Assembly: GCA_964504365.1 (NCBI GenBank)
Contig: CAZDDW010000005.1
Span: 1,630 to 65,629 of the forward strand
Source of the DNA: an uncultured Gammaproteobacteria bacterium
GTDB lineage: Bacteria; Patescibacteriota; Patescibacteriia; UBA9934; CAZDDW01
Direction: 5' to 3'
DNA: 64,000 nucleotides
Both the position numbers and the translations under genes were made by a program. Below are positions 47,583-57,923 of this stretch, in pieces; within the stretch, counting starts at the first letter, position 1; each line of letters starts with the position of its first letter. The notes beneath the pieces were generated by a model. The model did not search any database, was not told where the DNA came from, and was given only the letters and a program-made list of their open reading frames with translations.

Positions 47583-47690
47583 GTGGTTCTCCCCTCATTT
47601 GAGTTGGTAATGCAGGAGTCTACAGGAAGCAGAAAAACTTGTCAAGTGGTTTGTGGGTAAATTTTGGTAGTTATGCTAAAATATTCAAGT

Positions 47691-48425
47691 ATGCTATCGA
47701 TTGTAATTATTACTAAAAATGAGGAGCATGATCTGCCAGATCTACTGGCTTCGATTAAGGGACAAACGTTGCGGCCGGATGAGATTATTGTTGCTGATGC
47801 TAAGTCAACTGATAAAACGCGTCAGATCGCGCGTGCTGCGGGTTGTAAAGTTGTTAATGGTGGTTTGCCAAGTCCAGGGCGTAATTTGGGAGCTAAGGCA
47901 GCGACTCAAGAATATGTTTTGTTTCTTGACGCTGATGTGCAGTTGTTGGATCCGAAGTTGCTTGAGACCTCGATGAAAGAGGTGAAGAAGCGTAAGTTGG
48001 ATTTTGCTACATATGATGTGGCCCCGCTTGATGGTGGTATTTATGATGAGTTCTCGCACTGGTTATATAACAAGTACTGTCGGTTAATCGCACCGTTACA
48101 TCAGCACGCTGCTGGGTTTTGTATTTTGGTCCGTCGGGATTTTCATGAGCGGGTTGGTGGGTTTGATGAACAGATCACGTTTTGTGAAGATCATGAGTAT
48201 GCTGTTAGGGCGAACAAGGCAGGGAAGTACGGCATTTTGTCGCCAAAGGTTCATACTTCAGTGCGCCGCTTTGATCGTGATGGACGTTTTAATATTGCGA
48301 TTAAGTATGTGTTGGCCGAACTGCACTTTTGGTTTATTGGTCCGATCTACGGGGATAAGTTCAAATATAAAATGGTGCTTTCCAAAGAAGAGCGGGAAGC
48401 CGTGCGGAATAAGAAAAAGAAGTGA
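47691..48425 (+). CDS. glycosyltransferase family 2
   Basis: SIVIITKNEE, FLDADV, GGFDE, ED. Confidence 0.9.
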   Translation: MLSIVIITKNEEHDLPDLLASIKGQTLRPDEIIVADAKSTDKTRQIARAAGCKVVNGGLPSPGRNLGAKAATQEYVLFLDADVQLLDPKLLETSMKEVKKRKLDFATYDVAPLDGGIYDEFSHWLYNKYCRLIAPLHQHAAGFCILVRRDFHERVGGFDEQITFCEDHEYAVRANKAGKYGILSPKVHTSVRRFDRDGRFNIAIKYVLAELHFWFIGPIYGDKFKYKMVLSKEEREAVRNKKKK

Positions 48426-48426
48426 T

Positions 48427-48849
48427 ATGGAGATTAAAATGTTTGCTGCAACCAAGGCGTTTGTCATGCACGACGGAAAGGTGCTTGTTCTGCGAGAATC
48501 AAACAAATATGAAGACGGTTCGAATTGTGGTAGTTTTGACGTGGTTGGTGGGCGAGTTGAGCCGGGTCAGCATTTTGGCGAGAGCTTGATTCGAGAAATT
48601 AAAGAAGAAACAGGTTTAGATGTTGAGATAGGACGACCGTTTTTTGTAAATGAGTGGCGACCTCAGGTCCGCGGGGAACAGTGGCATATCGTGGCCACGT
48701 TTTTTGTTTGCCACGCGAGGTCACTGAACGTTATCTTGAGCGAGGATCATGATCAGCATCTTTGGATCAATCCAGTTGAATACCATGACCATCCTTTAAT
48801 CGAAAATTTACACCCAGCCTTTGAGGCGTATTTAGATATTCACAAGTAG
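48427..48849 (+). CDS. NUDIX hydrolase
   Basis: GGRVEPGQ...LIREIKEETGL Nudix box. Confidence 0.9.
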   Translation: MEIKMFAATKAFVMHDGKVLVLRESNKYEDGSNCGSFDVVGGRVEPGQHFGESLIREIKEETGLDVEIGRPFFVNEWRPQVRGEQWHIVATFFVCHARSLNVILSEDHDQHLWINPVEYHDHPLIENLHPAFEAYLDIHK

Positions 48850-48922
48850 ACTGTTGACATGAGTGATTTTTGCTGCTGTAATTAAACAAAGACCCCGCAA
48901 GTTTTTGCGGAGTTTTATTTTT

Positions 48923-49489
48923 ATGATAGACAAATCAGAAGCGATCTCAGCAACAAAAGAATATTTCTTGGATCTTCTACACATGTTCGGCGTTTTCTTA
49001 ACGTCGGGATATTCTATTCCACCACAATTTGCATGTGACCGATATGCCTATCAAAGATATTGTGAGCGTTGGGAACGAGTTGAGCGGAACCGTATTTTAT
49101 ATGATTTAAGAAAGCAGAAGCTAATGAAGTTGGAGGAGAGGGGAGATGAGGTGATTGTTGAATTAACTCAGAAAGGCAGAACTGAGGCTTTAAAACAGAA
49201 AATACTCTGCGAGAAAAAAGAATTATCAAAAGGTAATGTTTGTTTGGTTGGTTTTGATATTCCTGAATATACCAGGAAGACAAGATCGGTTTTTCGGCAG
49301 TTTTTGAAAAAGGTTGGATTTAAGCAGTTGCATCAAAGTGTTTGGTACTCTGAGTTAGATTTGGTCGTTCCTTTATGTGAGTTAATTAAGCAGTTGGATA
49401 TTGAGAAATGGGTAGTAGTGTTTAAGGCTGAGATAACCAGTTCTGATTTGTCTTTTGATCCGGCCGTACCAAAAGACCGATCGGTGTAG
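48923..49489 (+). CDS. PaaX-like transcriptional regulator (wHTH + Cas2-like ferredoxin fold)
   Basis: ELTQKG, LVGFDIPE..R..R..LK..GF..L.QSVW. Confidence 0.75.
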   Translation: MIDKSEAISATKEYFLDLLHMFGVFLTSGYSIPPQFACDRYAYQRYCERWERVERNRILYDLRKQKLMKLEERGDEVIVELTQKGRTEALKQKILCEKKELSKGNVCLVGFDIPEYTRKTRSVFRQFLKKVGFKQLHQSVWYSELDLVVPLCELIKQLDIEKWVVVFKAEITSSDLSFDPAVPKDRSV

Positions 49490-49565
49490 TAATCAGGGTA
49501 AGTGCTCGTACATGTTTATAAAGCCAGATGACCTCTTTCTTGGATTATGATAAAATAAGCTTAGT

Positions 49566-50660
49566 ATGAAGTGGATTTTATCCACATGTTTGTTGTTAAT
49601 CTTATCTCCGTTGATGGTTTTAGCCTCAACGGCTGATTTGAGTATTGTGGCCAGCAGTATTACTTTTTCAGAAGAAACATTGGTTGTTGGTGATAGTGTT
49701 CGTATTTATGCACAGGTCAGAAATGTTGGTGATGTTGATGTTTCTGGATATGTTTCGTTTTATCAAGGGACTGTGCCAATTGGCGACTCTCAAGTTGTAT
49801 CAGTAAGGGCCAGTGGTCAGGCAGACGAGGTTTATGTTGATTTCATAGTTCCATCTGGTGCGTTTAATATTCTAGCTCAGATTCGTGGTACTGATCCGCA
49901 AGATGCAAATTCATCAAATGATGAAGCTGTCACGCCTTTATACACTCCGATCTATGATGATGATCAAGATGGAATAGAAAATGGGGAAGATAATTGTCCA
50001 AATGATTCAAATGCTGATCAGGCTGATTCAGACGGGGATGGTCTGGGCGATGTTTGTGATAATGATGATGACAATGATGGGGTTAGTGATTCTGAAGACG
50101 AATTTCCGTATGATCCTGAGCGCCAGACAACTGAAACCGAAACGGAAGAGGAGGTTGTGGTCGAGCCAGTGGTTGTGTCTGAGTCAGAGACCAGTGAGAC
50201 AGGAACTGATACAGAAACAGGATCAACAACTGAATCTGAACAAGAAGCTGAGACTGTGATCGATCAAGTAATCAATTTAGTCAGCGACGATGTTCCGGCT
50301 CGACGCAGTTTGCATGTCTCTCCAGAAGCAACATTTACTTATGAGCAAATGGATTGGAACACCTATCAGTTTAAGGCTCAGGTTCCAGCTGATCCAGAGT
50401 ACACTTTTGAATGGGATTTTGGTGATGGTGTGACTTCAAGCCGGAGTGAGGTTGAACACACTTTCCACGGTTATGGTGAATTCACAGTTACCTTGCGAGT
50501 AACTGATCCGGCTGGACAGATTTCACATGATGCAGCAGACGTTAGTGTTTCGTTTTTCAACTTGCACAACCGCATGGTTCAGAGCTTGATTGGGATCTTG
50601 GCGGTAATATTAGTCATTGCGGTATCAGTTCTACTACGTTCCGGACGCAGCCGACAATAA
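49566..50660 (+). CDS. surface protein with CARDB, thrombospondin type-3 repeats, PKD domain and C-terminal TM
   Basis: ADLSI..VRNVG; DNCP..NADQADSDGDGLGDVCD; WDFGDG. Confidence 0.85.
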   Translation: MKWILSTCLLLILSPLMVLASTADLSIVASSITFSEETLVVGDSVRIYAQVRNVGDVDVSGYVSFYQGTVPIGDSQVVSVRASGQADEVYVDFIVPSGAFNILAQIRGTDPQDANSSNDEAVTPLYTPIYDDDQDGIENGEDNCPNDSNADQADSDGDGLGDVCDNDDDNDGVSDSEDEFPYDPERQTTETETEEEVVVEPVVVSESETSETGTDTETGSTTESEQEAETVIDQVINLVSDDVPARRSLHVSPEATFTYEQMDWNTYQFKAQVPADPEYTFEWDFGDGVTSSRSEVEHTFHGYGEFTVTLRVTDPAGQISHDAADVSVSFFNLHNRMVQSLIGILAVILVIAVSVLLRSGRSRQ

Positions 50661-50661
50661 C

Positions 50662-52281
50662 ATGCTTTTAAAATTACTTAATGGAAAATCAAAATCAATT
50701 GCCAGCGCGGCAGCAATCGTCGCGTTTATGTCTTTTGTTAGTCGTTTGGTTGGTTTGTTGCGTGACCGCACCTTGGCTGGTGAATTTGGGGCAGGAGATG
50801 TGCTGGATGTTTACTACGCTGCTTTCCGTGTACCGGATTTGACATTCACTTTATTAGTCACTGGCGCTTTATCCGCCAGTTTTATTCCGTTATTTAGTAA
50901 ACGACTGCTCAGCGTTAGTCGTCGTCGCACTGCTTGGCGTTTGACCAATAGTATTTTGAACATTCTTGGAGTGGTATTTTTGATTATCGCTATCTTGGGT
51001 ATTATTTTTGCCGACCCTCTGGCTGGGTTAATTGCACCAGGATTTAACGAATATAAGCAGGGAATAGTTGCTTCGTTCATGCGAGTGATGTTTATTTCAA
51101 ACTTCTTGCTTGGTTTGTCCACAGTGTTCGGAAGCGCGTTACAAGGCTTAAAGCGTTTCTTTTTGTTCTCTCTCGCACCAGTGCTATATAACATAGGAAT
51201 CATTATAGGAGTTGTTTTCTTTGTGGATTGGTTTGGTACGATTGGCTTGGCCTGGGGAGTTGTTCTTGGTGCATTCTTACATCTGCTGACCCAACTTTAC
51301 GGTGTGATGCAATCGGGCTATCGGTACAAGTGGTTGTTTGATTGGCATGATCCAGATACCAAGGCAGTTGGTAAATTAATGCTTCCGCGTGCGCTTGGAC
51401 TCGGTATCTGGCAGATCAACTTCATTATCATGACCATTATTGCGTCGACTTTGGCTGCTGGATCTGTTGCTGTGTTCCAGTTTGCGTTTAATCTCGAATA
51501 TTTTGCCATTGGCATCTTTGGAATTTCTTTTGCTATCGCTGCTTTCCCATCACTTTCTGAATATGCCCAGGCGCACAAAACCGAAAAATTCATTGAAACA
51601 TTTTCTAACACTGCTCGGCAGATGTTGTTTTTTATCATTCCAGCCTCGTTGTTGTTTTTGATTTTACGTGCACAGATCGTTCGTGTGGTTCTTGGTGCTG
51701 GTGTGTTTAGTTGGGCGGATACGATTCTGACTGCTGATGTTTTGGCTTTTTTTGCTTTGAGCTTTTTTGCACAAGCCTTGATCTTCCTGCTCGTGCGCGG
51801 TTACTTTGCATATCAGGACACAGTTACGCCGTTGTACACTGGAATCATTAGCGCGATCATAAATATTTTTGCCGCGCTGTACTTCACAAAAGAGTTCGGG
51901 GTCGTCGGTCTTGGTATTGCTTATTCGATCTGGGCAGTTATGAACATGGCCATGCTTTGGATCCCGTTACGTAATCGTGTTGGGCATTTAGACGAAGTTC
52001 GTATCTTGCGCTCGTTGTTTATCATGACCACGGCTGGCTTATTTGCTGGAGTGGTTATGCAGATCATGAAGAGTGTGGTTGTCCAGTTTATTGCCTTAGA
52101 AACTTTCTGGGGCGTGTTAGCCCAAGGTCTGATCGCCGGAGGATGCGGTCTTTTAGTCTATCTTGGAATTTCCTGGCTCTTCCGTAGTCCGGAATTAAAG
52201 TCTCTAATCGCTGGCCTGCGCGTTCGGCTTCTCAAAAAAGCCAAGACCGAAGAAACCATCTCCGAAGCCACAGGAGTATAA
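50662..52281 (+). CDS. murJ: lipid II flippase MurJ
   Basis: SRLVGLLRD, AAFRVPD, GALSASFIP, RGYFAYQDT.TP. Confidence 0.92.
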   Translation: MLLKLLNGKSKSIASAAAIVAFMSFVSRLVGLLRDRTLAGEFGAGDVLDVYYAAFRVPDLTFTLLVTGALSASFIPLFSKRLLSVSRRRTAWRLTNSILNILGVVFLIIAILGIIFADPLAGLIAPGFNEYKQGIVASFMRVMFISNFLLGLSTVFGSALQGLKRFFLFSLAPVLYNIGIIIGVVFFVDWFGTIGLAWGVVLGAFLHLLTQLYGVMQSGYRYKWLFDWHDPDTKAVGKLMLPRALGLGIWQINFIIMTIIASTLAAGSVAVFQFAFNLEYFAIGIFGISFAIAAFPSLSEYAQAHKTEKFIETFSNTARQMLFFIIPASLLFLILRAQIVRVVLGAGVFSWADTILTADVLAFFALSFFAQALIFLLVRGYFAYQDTVTPLYTGIISAIINIFAALYFTKEFGVVGLGIAYSIWAVMNMAMLWIPLRNRVGHLDEVRILRSLFIMTTAGLFAGVVMQIMKSVVVQFIALETFWGVLAQGLIAGGCGLLVYLGISWLFRSPELKSLIAGLRVRLLKKAKTEETISEATGV

Positions 52282-52304
52282 TAGAAATAAAAAAGGACCG
52301 AACG

Positions 52305-52685
52305 TCAGACGTCGGTCTTTTGAGTTTTTGATACTGCTCTACACAACATCATAAAGCAGAATAGGAGAAACATGCTTCCGAGCATAACCTGAAAAGCGGG
52401 TCTCACCAGCATGTGTTTTGGGATCAGGATTGTTGGTGGTAAATAAATGATGCACAGACCAATCAGCCAGTCACGAGACATTTTCGCATACGCTCGTGAC
52501 ATAATACGAATACCGTTGAAAATTGTTGGTACAGTGGTAAAAAACTCTTTAAACATCTTGATGTGGCGATAAAAGCTCAGGATAATTAAAATGATCACTG
52601 TGGTATCCCAGATCGCCTGAGCATGGTCTCTCCAGTGCATGTACATCTGAATGGCCCGAGTTTCATACACGAGTTCGCCGAACAT
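52305..52685 (-). CDS. small hypothetical membrane protein
   Basis: AGGAGG SD, three hydrophobic segments. Confidence 0.6.
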   Translation of the reverse strand: MFGELVYETRAIQMYMHWRDHAQAIWDTTVIILIILSFYRHIKMFKEFFTTVPTIFNGIRIMSRAYAKMSRDWLIGLCIIYLPPTILIPKHMLVRPAFQVMLGSMFLLFCFMMLCRAVSKTQKTDV

Positions 52686-52787
52686 GGTCCTCCTTTGTTA
52701 AGGTTGTAAGGGCCGCATAAGAAAGTTATCAAGAATTTAGGCTTAAGTCAATTTGTTCTTTTTGCGTAAACCAGCTATACTTTGTGC

Positions 52788-54530
52788 ATGACTGTTGACG
52801 AGTTAAGGCAGAAATATCTGGAGTTTTTTAAGCAGAAGGGACATAAGGTGATCCCTTCGGCTTCTTTGGTTCCAGAGAATGATCCGTCAACCTTGTTTAT
52901 CACTGCTGGCATGCAGCCGTTAGTGCCTTATTTGATGGGAGAAAAGCATCCACAAGGCAATCGGTTGGTGAATTATCAGAAATGTGTGCGAACTGGAGAC
53001 ATTGATGAGATTGGTGACAGTACTCACGTAACGTTTTTTGAAATGTTGGGTAATTGGTCGCTTGGAGACTATTTTAAGGATGATTCGATTCAAATGAGTT
53101 ATGATTTTCTGACGCAGAAAGAATGGCTTGGGATTGATCCGAGTAAATTGGCCGTGAGTGTATTCGCTGGAGATGCTAACGCAGAGTTCGATCAAGAGGC
53201 TTACGACAAGTGGCTTGCTCTTGGAATTTCTGAAGCACGAATTGCAAAATTAGATAAAGAAGAGAACTGGTGGCCAGCTGGTGGAAAGAATCCAGGACCG
53301 CAGGGGCCAGACACGGAAATCTTTTATTGGACTGGTAAGGATGAGGCGCCAGCAGAGTTTGATCCTGATAACGAGACTTGGGTTGAGATTTGGAATAACG
53401 TTTTCATGCAGTTTAATCGAGACGAAGCTGGAAAACTATCGCCGCTTGAAAAAAAGAATGTTGATACAGGAATGGGTCTTGAGCGAACGATCGTTGCTTT
53501 AAATGGGCTAGACAATATTTACGAGACAGAAACCATGAAGCCGATTGTGGAAAAGGTTCTGGGGTTGTCTAAGAACGAATCTGAGCTTTCTGTGCGGGTG
53601 ATTGCGGATCATGTTCGAGCTGCAGTAATGATTATGGGAGATGACAGGGGGATTGCTCCAAGTAACGTGGATCAGGGCTATGTTGTGCGCAAATTGCTGC
53701 GTCGAGCAATTCGCCATGGAAAGACTTTGGGGATTGAAGATGATTTTTGTAAGACCATTGCCGAGGTGGTGATTAATTTGTTTAAGGATACTTATGCTGA
53801 GGTTGGTAAGAATCAGAAGTTTATCTTGTCTGAGATTGATAAGGAAGAAGCTAAGTTCCGAGCTACGTTGTCACAGGGATTAAAAGAGATGAAGAAGTTC
53901 GGCAAGAAGATGTCAGCCAAAGACGCATTTTATCTGTACCAATCATTTGGTTTCCCGCTTGAGCTTATCAACGAAGAGCTGGCTGAGCATGAAATTGAAA
54001 TCAACGAGGACGAGTTCAATAAAGAATATGAAGAGCACAAGAAATTGTCTCGTGCTGGGTCTGAGCAAAAATTCAAAGGCGGGTTGGCTGATCAAAGTGA
54101 AAAGACAACACAGCACCACACAGCTGCACACCTGATGCTTGAAGCATTGCGTCGTGTGTTGGGAGACCATGTGCAACAAAAGGGAAGTAACATTACGGAA
54201 AAACGAATTCGTTTTGATTTTTCACATTCAGAGAAGTTAACTGATGAACAAAAGGAAGAAGTTGAGAAGCTGGTCAACGAAGCAATCACAGCAGATCACA
54301 AAGTGACCTGTGAAGAAATGACCGTGGACGAGGCCAAAAAACTCGGTGCCACAGGTGTATTTGATGACCGATATGGTGAAAAAGTTAAGGTTTATACGAT
54401 TGGTGATTTCAGTAAAGAAATCTGTGGAGGCCCTCATGTTGAGAAAATTGGTGGGCTAGGACACTTTAGGATTACCAAGCAACAAGCGTCATCAGCAGGA
54501 GTTCGGAGGATAAAAGCAGTTTTAGAATAA
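52788..54530 (+). CDS. alaS: alanine--tRNA ligase (short form without C-Ala domain)
   Basis: LFITAGMQP, FFEMLGNWS, VDTGMGLER, HTAAHL, EICGGPHV, GVRRI. Confidence 0.96.
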   Translation: MTVDELRQKYLEFFKQKGHKVIPSASLVPENDPSTLFITAGMQPLVPYLMGEKHPQGNRLVNYQKCVRTGDIDEIGDSTHVTFFEMLGNWSLGDYFKDDSIQMSYDFLTQKEWLGIDPSKLAVSVFAGDANAEFDQEAYDKWLALGISEARIAKLDKEENWWPAGGKNPGPQGPDTEIFYWTGKDEAPAEFDPDNETWVEIWNNVFMQFNRDEAGKLSPLEKKNVDTGMGLERTIVALNGLDNIYETETMKPIVEKVLGLSKNESELSVRVIADHVRAAVMIMGDDRGIAPSNVDQGYVVRKLLRRAIRHGKTLGIEDDFCKTIAEVVINLFKDTYAEVGKNQKFILSEIDKEEAKFRATLSQGLKEMKKFGKKMSAKDAFYLYQSFGFPLELINEELAEHEIEINEDEFNKEYEEHKKLSRAGSEQKFKGGLADQSEKTTQHHTAAHLMLEALRRVLGDHVQQKGSNITEKRIRFDFSHSEKLTDEQKEEVEKLVNEAITADHKVTCEEMTVDEAKKLGATGVFDDRYGEKVKVYTIGDFSKEICGGPHVEKIGGLGHFRITKQQASSAGVRRIKAVLE

Positions 54531-54671
54531 TAGGCTTAAATAAGCCACAAAAATTAGTTATCCATAATAAACTTGACAAGAATTTGAAATAAGCATAAAA
54601 TAGGCGCGCTCTGCATTATCCACAAAGGGCTTGCCAAATTTTCGCTTATTTGATAGAATTCTGGCACATTT

Positions 54672-54896
54672 ATGCCTGATAAAGGAACTAAGGAATTTAT
54701 TGAAGCGCGGGGCACTGTGGAAGAACTTCTTCCATCAACTACTTTCAAGGTTCGACTTGAGAACGATCAAGTCATCACAGCTCATCTATCTGGGAGGATG
54801 CGGAAATTCCGCATTCGAATTAGTGTTGGTGATGAGATAAAAGTAGAGATGTCTCCGTACGACCTAACAAAGGGTCGAATAACTTATAGGTTTTAA
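54672..54896 (+). CDS. infA: translation initiation factor IF-1
   Basis: [20 protein letters not shown]. Confidence 0.96.
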   Translation: MPDKGTKEFIEARGTVEELLPSTTFKVRLENDQVITAHLSGRMRKFRIRISVGDEIKVEMSPYDLTKGRITYRF

Positions 54897-54911
54897 TAAC
54901 AAACACGACGT

Positions 54912-55025
54912 GTGAAAGTTCGAGCTTCGGTGAAGAAAATTTGTCGAGACTGTAAAGTCATCCGCCGGAAAGGGCGGGTCGTTGTTGTTTGTAAGAACCC
55001 ACGTCATAAACAACGTCAAGGATAA
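54912..55025 (+). CDS. rpmJ: 50S ribosomal protein L36 (GTG start; not in ORF track)
   Basis: [37 protein letters not shown]. Confidence 0.96.
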   Translation: MKVRASVKKICRDCKVIRRKGRVVVVCKNPRHKQRQG

Positions 55026-55027
55026 TT

Positions 55028-55414
55028 ATGGCCCGAATTGCTGGTGTTACACTTCCAAATGACAAGCGTATCGTGATTGCCCTCACGTATATTTATGGTA
55101 TTGGCAACAGTCGTTCGAAAAAGATTTTGAAAACTGCTTCTGTTGATGAGAATATTCGTACTAAAGATTTGGATGATGCTCAGGTTAAGGCGATTAGTAG
55201 CCAGATTGGTGAAGAATATCGAGTAGAAGGTGAGTTGCGACGTGAGGTTTTGGGAAACATTAAGCGTTTGAAAGAAATTGGATGTTATCGTGGCGACCGA
55301 CACAGTAAGAATCTTCCTGTTCGTGGACAACGCACAAAGACTAACTCACGCACAAAGCGTGGTAATGTTCGTAAGACCATGGGAAGTGGTCGTCGAGCCC
55401 TGACTAAGACATAA
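55028..55414 (+). CDS. rpsM: 30S ribosomal protein S13
   Basis: [26 protein letters not shown]. Confidence 0.97.
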   Translation: MARIAGVTLPNDKRIVIALTYIYGIGNSRSKKILKTASVDENIRTKDLDDAQVKAISSQIGEEYRVEGELRREVLGNIKRLKEIGCYRGDRHSKNLPVRGQRTKTNSRTKRGNVRKTMGSGRRALTKT

Positions 55415-55415
55415 T

Positions 55416-55811
55416 ATGGCAGCAAGTAAGCAAAAAGTTTCTCGAAAGAAAAAAGCAGTACGTCACGTCTCACAAGGGCGAGCATATATTCAAGCTACAT
55501 ATAACAACACAATTGTTACTTTAACCGATTTGAACGGAAATACTTTGGCCTGGGCAAGCGCAGGTCATTGTGGTTTTAAAGGACCAAAAAAAGCTACTCC
55601 ATATGCAGCTAGTGTGATTGTTAAGAAAGTTGCTGAGAAAGTTGCTGAAACTGGTTTACGAGAAGTTGCTGTATTTGTTAAAGGTGTTGGCTCTGGGCGT
55701 GACTCAGCTATACGCGCGCTTAATGCTAACGGTTTTAATATCACTGGAATTAAGGATCAAACTCCGATTCCACATAATGGTTGTCGTCCACCTGGACCAC
55801 GTCGAGTATAA
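55416..55811 (+). CDS. rpsK: 30S ribosomal protein S11
   Basis: ATYNNTIVT, TPIPHNGCRPP. Confidence 0.97.
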   Translation: MAASKQKVSRKKKAVRHVSQGRAYIQATYNNTIVTLTDLNGNTLAWASAGHCGFKGPKKATPYAASVIVKKVAEKVAETGLREVAVFVKGVGSGRDSAIRALNANGFNITGIKDQTPIPHNGCRPPGPRRV

Positions 55812-55814
55812 AAT

Positions 55815-56426
55815 ATGGGAAAGACTTTGAAGCCAACTTGTAAGATGTGTCGACGCGAAGGCGTTTCACTTTGTGGTAAAGAACGTTGTGCAGTAAAACG
55901 ACGTAATTATCCACCAGGAGCACATGGTCAAGGACGTCGTCCACGTTTAACTGCTTATGGAGTTCAGTTGCGTGAAAAGCAGAAAGCAAAGCGTTTTTAC
56001 AATGTCATGGAAAAGCAGTTTAGTAACTACTTTAAGAAAGCCTCAAAGTCTAAAGGGAATACAGGAGAGGTTTTGGTGCGTTTGCTTGAGGAGCGTTTAG
56101 ATAACGTAATTTATCGACTAGGTTTTGCTAAGACTCGTCGCCAGGCTCGTCAGATGGTTAATCACGGATTTTTCCAGATCAATGGAAAGAAAGTCGATAT
56201 CCCTTCTTATCAGGTCAAGGTAGGTGATGAGATTACTATCAAAGATTCCAAGACAGAGAAAGGTATCTTTCATGAGTTGGATAACCGTTTGAACAAACAG
56301 GAAACACCAGGCTGGTTGTATATTGATGCTGGTAGTAAAACAGGAAAGGTTACTTCTCACCCAGAAGACAATGATTTAAAACAAATTTTTGACCCAAAGC
56401 TTATCGTTGAGTTTTATTCACGATAA
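55815..56426 (+). CDS. rpsD: 30S ribosomal protein S4
   Basis: QLREKQK, RLDNVIYRLGF, IVEFYSR. Confidence 0.97.
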   Translation: MGKTLKPTCKMCRREGVSLCGKERCAVKRRNYPPGAHGQGRRPRLTAYGVQLREKQKAKRFYNVMEKQFSNYFKKASKSKGNTGEVLVRLLEERLDNVIYRLGFAKTRRQARQMVNHGFFQINGKKVDIPSYQVKVGDEITIKDSKTEKGIFHELDNRLNKQETPGWLYIDAGSKTGKVTSHPEDNDLKQIFDPKLIVEFYSR

Positions 56427-56435
56427 CCCATAACT

Positions 56436-57200
56436 ATGGAAAACATTCTTTTACCAAACAAGATCACCTTTGAGGCAGGAAGCCATGATCATGAGCAAGT
56501 CATGATTGTTGAGCCTTGCTTTTACGGTTATGGTACGACACTCGGAAACGCGCTGCGACGCGTGTTACTTTCTTCATTACCGGGTGCTGCGGTCACTGCT
56601 GTTAAGATCAGTGGTGCAACGCACGAGTTTTCCTCTTTAGAAAATGTTAAGGAGGACGTTTTAGAAATTATTCTTAATCTCAAAGGTCTGCGTATGAAGG
56701 TTCATGTTGATGAGCCAGTCAAGCTGACTTTGAAGACTTCCGGTTCAAAAAGTGTTACTGGAAAGGATATTGAAGCTAATGCAGATGTAGAGATCGTGAA
56801 TACAGATATGCACATCGCTACTCTGACTGATGACAAAGCAGAGATTGAGATGGAGCTGACTGTTGAACGCGGTCGAGGTTTTGTGCCAACAGAAGAGCGT
56901 AAGGGAGAGAGCGGGGAGCTTGGTGTGATTGCCATTGATGCTTTGTTTTCGCCAGTACGTAACGTTGCTTACAAAGTTGAGAACACCCGTGTTGGTGAAA
57001 TTACCAACTTTGACAAGTTGGTGATGACTATTGAGACTGATGGAACTATTACACCTGAGGATGCTGTTAAAGAGTCAGCACAGGTTTTACTTGGTTACTT
57101 CTCATTGCTTACTCCAGAGGCTATGGAAAAGGCTGCTCAGCCTGAAGTGGCTGAGGAAGAAGAGGTTGTTGAAGAAGAAATTGAAACCGAGGAAGAATAA
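56436..57200 (+). CDS. rpoA: RNA polymerase subunit alpha (no recognizable alpha-CTD)
   Basis: GYGTTLGNALRRVLLSS, DALFSPV, VENTRVG. Confidence 0.96.
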   Translation: MENILLPNKITFEAGSHDHEQVMIVEPCFYGYGTTLGNALRRVLLSSLPGAAVTAVKISGATHEFSSLENVKEDVLEIILNLKGLRMKVHVDEPVKLTLKTSGSKSVTGKDIEANADVEIVNTDMHIATLTDDKAEIEMELTVERGRGFVPTEERKGESGELGVIAIDALFSPVRNVAYKVENTRVGEITNFDKLVMTIETDGTITPEDAVKESAQVLLGYFSLLTPEAMEKAAQPEVAEEEEVVEEEIETEEE

Positions 57201-57206
57201 AGAACT

Positions 57207-57557
57207 ATGCGCCACCGAAATACTACAAAGAGTTTGGGACGAAAAGTTGGACCACGTAAGGCTTTGATGAAAAGTTTGGCGCAGAATTTGATTTTACATG
57301 AAAAGATTAAGACCACTGAGGCCAAGGCTAAAGTGTTGCGACCGTATGTTGAGCGAATGGTAACCACTGCTAAGAAGGGTGACCTTACTGCTCGTCGTGC
57401 CTTGATGAAGGATTTGACCACTGAGGGTGCTGTTAAGAAAGCTCTTGAAGTAATTGGTCCTCGTTATAAGACTCGGGCAGGTGGTTATACACGAATTATT
57501 AAAGTTGGTACTCGTCAAGGTGATGGTGCTGAAATGGTTCAGATTGAATTTGTATAA
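57207..57557 (+). CDS. rplQ: 50S ribosomal protein L17
   Basis: MRHR, IKTTEAKAK, GGYTRIIK. Confidence 0.97.
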   Translation: MRHRNTTKSLGRKVGPRKALMKSLAQNLILHEKIKTTEAKAKVLRPYVERMVTTAKKGDLTARRALMKDLTTEGAVKKALEVIGPRYKTRAGGYTRIIKVGTRQGDGAEMVQIEFV

Positions 57558-57558
57558 T

Positions 57559-57921
57559 ATGGCATTAAAAGCAGATCGAAAAACACAACAGCTAGATGCA
57601 ACCGACCAGGCTATGGGTCGATTGGCTTCTGAGATTGCTCAGATTTTGATTGGCAAGCACAAGCCCGAGTATGTGCCACATTTTGATATGGGTGATAGCG
57701 TTGTTGTTTCTAATATCGATAAAATGAAAGTGACTGGAAAGAAGATGGAGCAGAAAGAGTACATCCGACATACTGGATATCCAGGTGGAATTCGACGAGT
57801 TTTGCTCGGCAAGCTCTGGGGTACAAAAGGTCCTGCTGAAGCTTTGCGACGTGCTGTATATAATATGCTTCCAAAGAATAAATTGCGAAATGGTCGTATG
57901 AAGCGATTGATTATCAAGTAA
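57559..57921 (+). CDS. rplM: 50S ribosomal protein L13 (short form)
   Basis: GRLAS, GKHKP, HTGYPGG, MLPKNKL. Confidence 0.95.
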   Translation: MALKADRKTQQLDATDQAMGRLASEIAQILIGKHKPEYVPHFDMGDSVVVSNIDKMKVTGKKMEQKEYIRHTGYPGGIRRVLLGKLWGTKGPAEALRRAVYNMLPKNKLRNGRMKRLIIK

Positions 57922-57923
57922 TT

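Noticed and set aside
48923-49489. Cas2-like FDIPE motif suggesting a CRISPR-Cas locus
   Set aside because: Fused to a wHTH as in PaaX-like regulators; no repeat-spacer array or other cas genes in the window
54558-54624. DnaA-box-like TTATCCATA and TTATCCACA upstream of infA as a possible oriC
   Set aside because: Only two boxes in a short spacer and no dnaA/dnaN nearby
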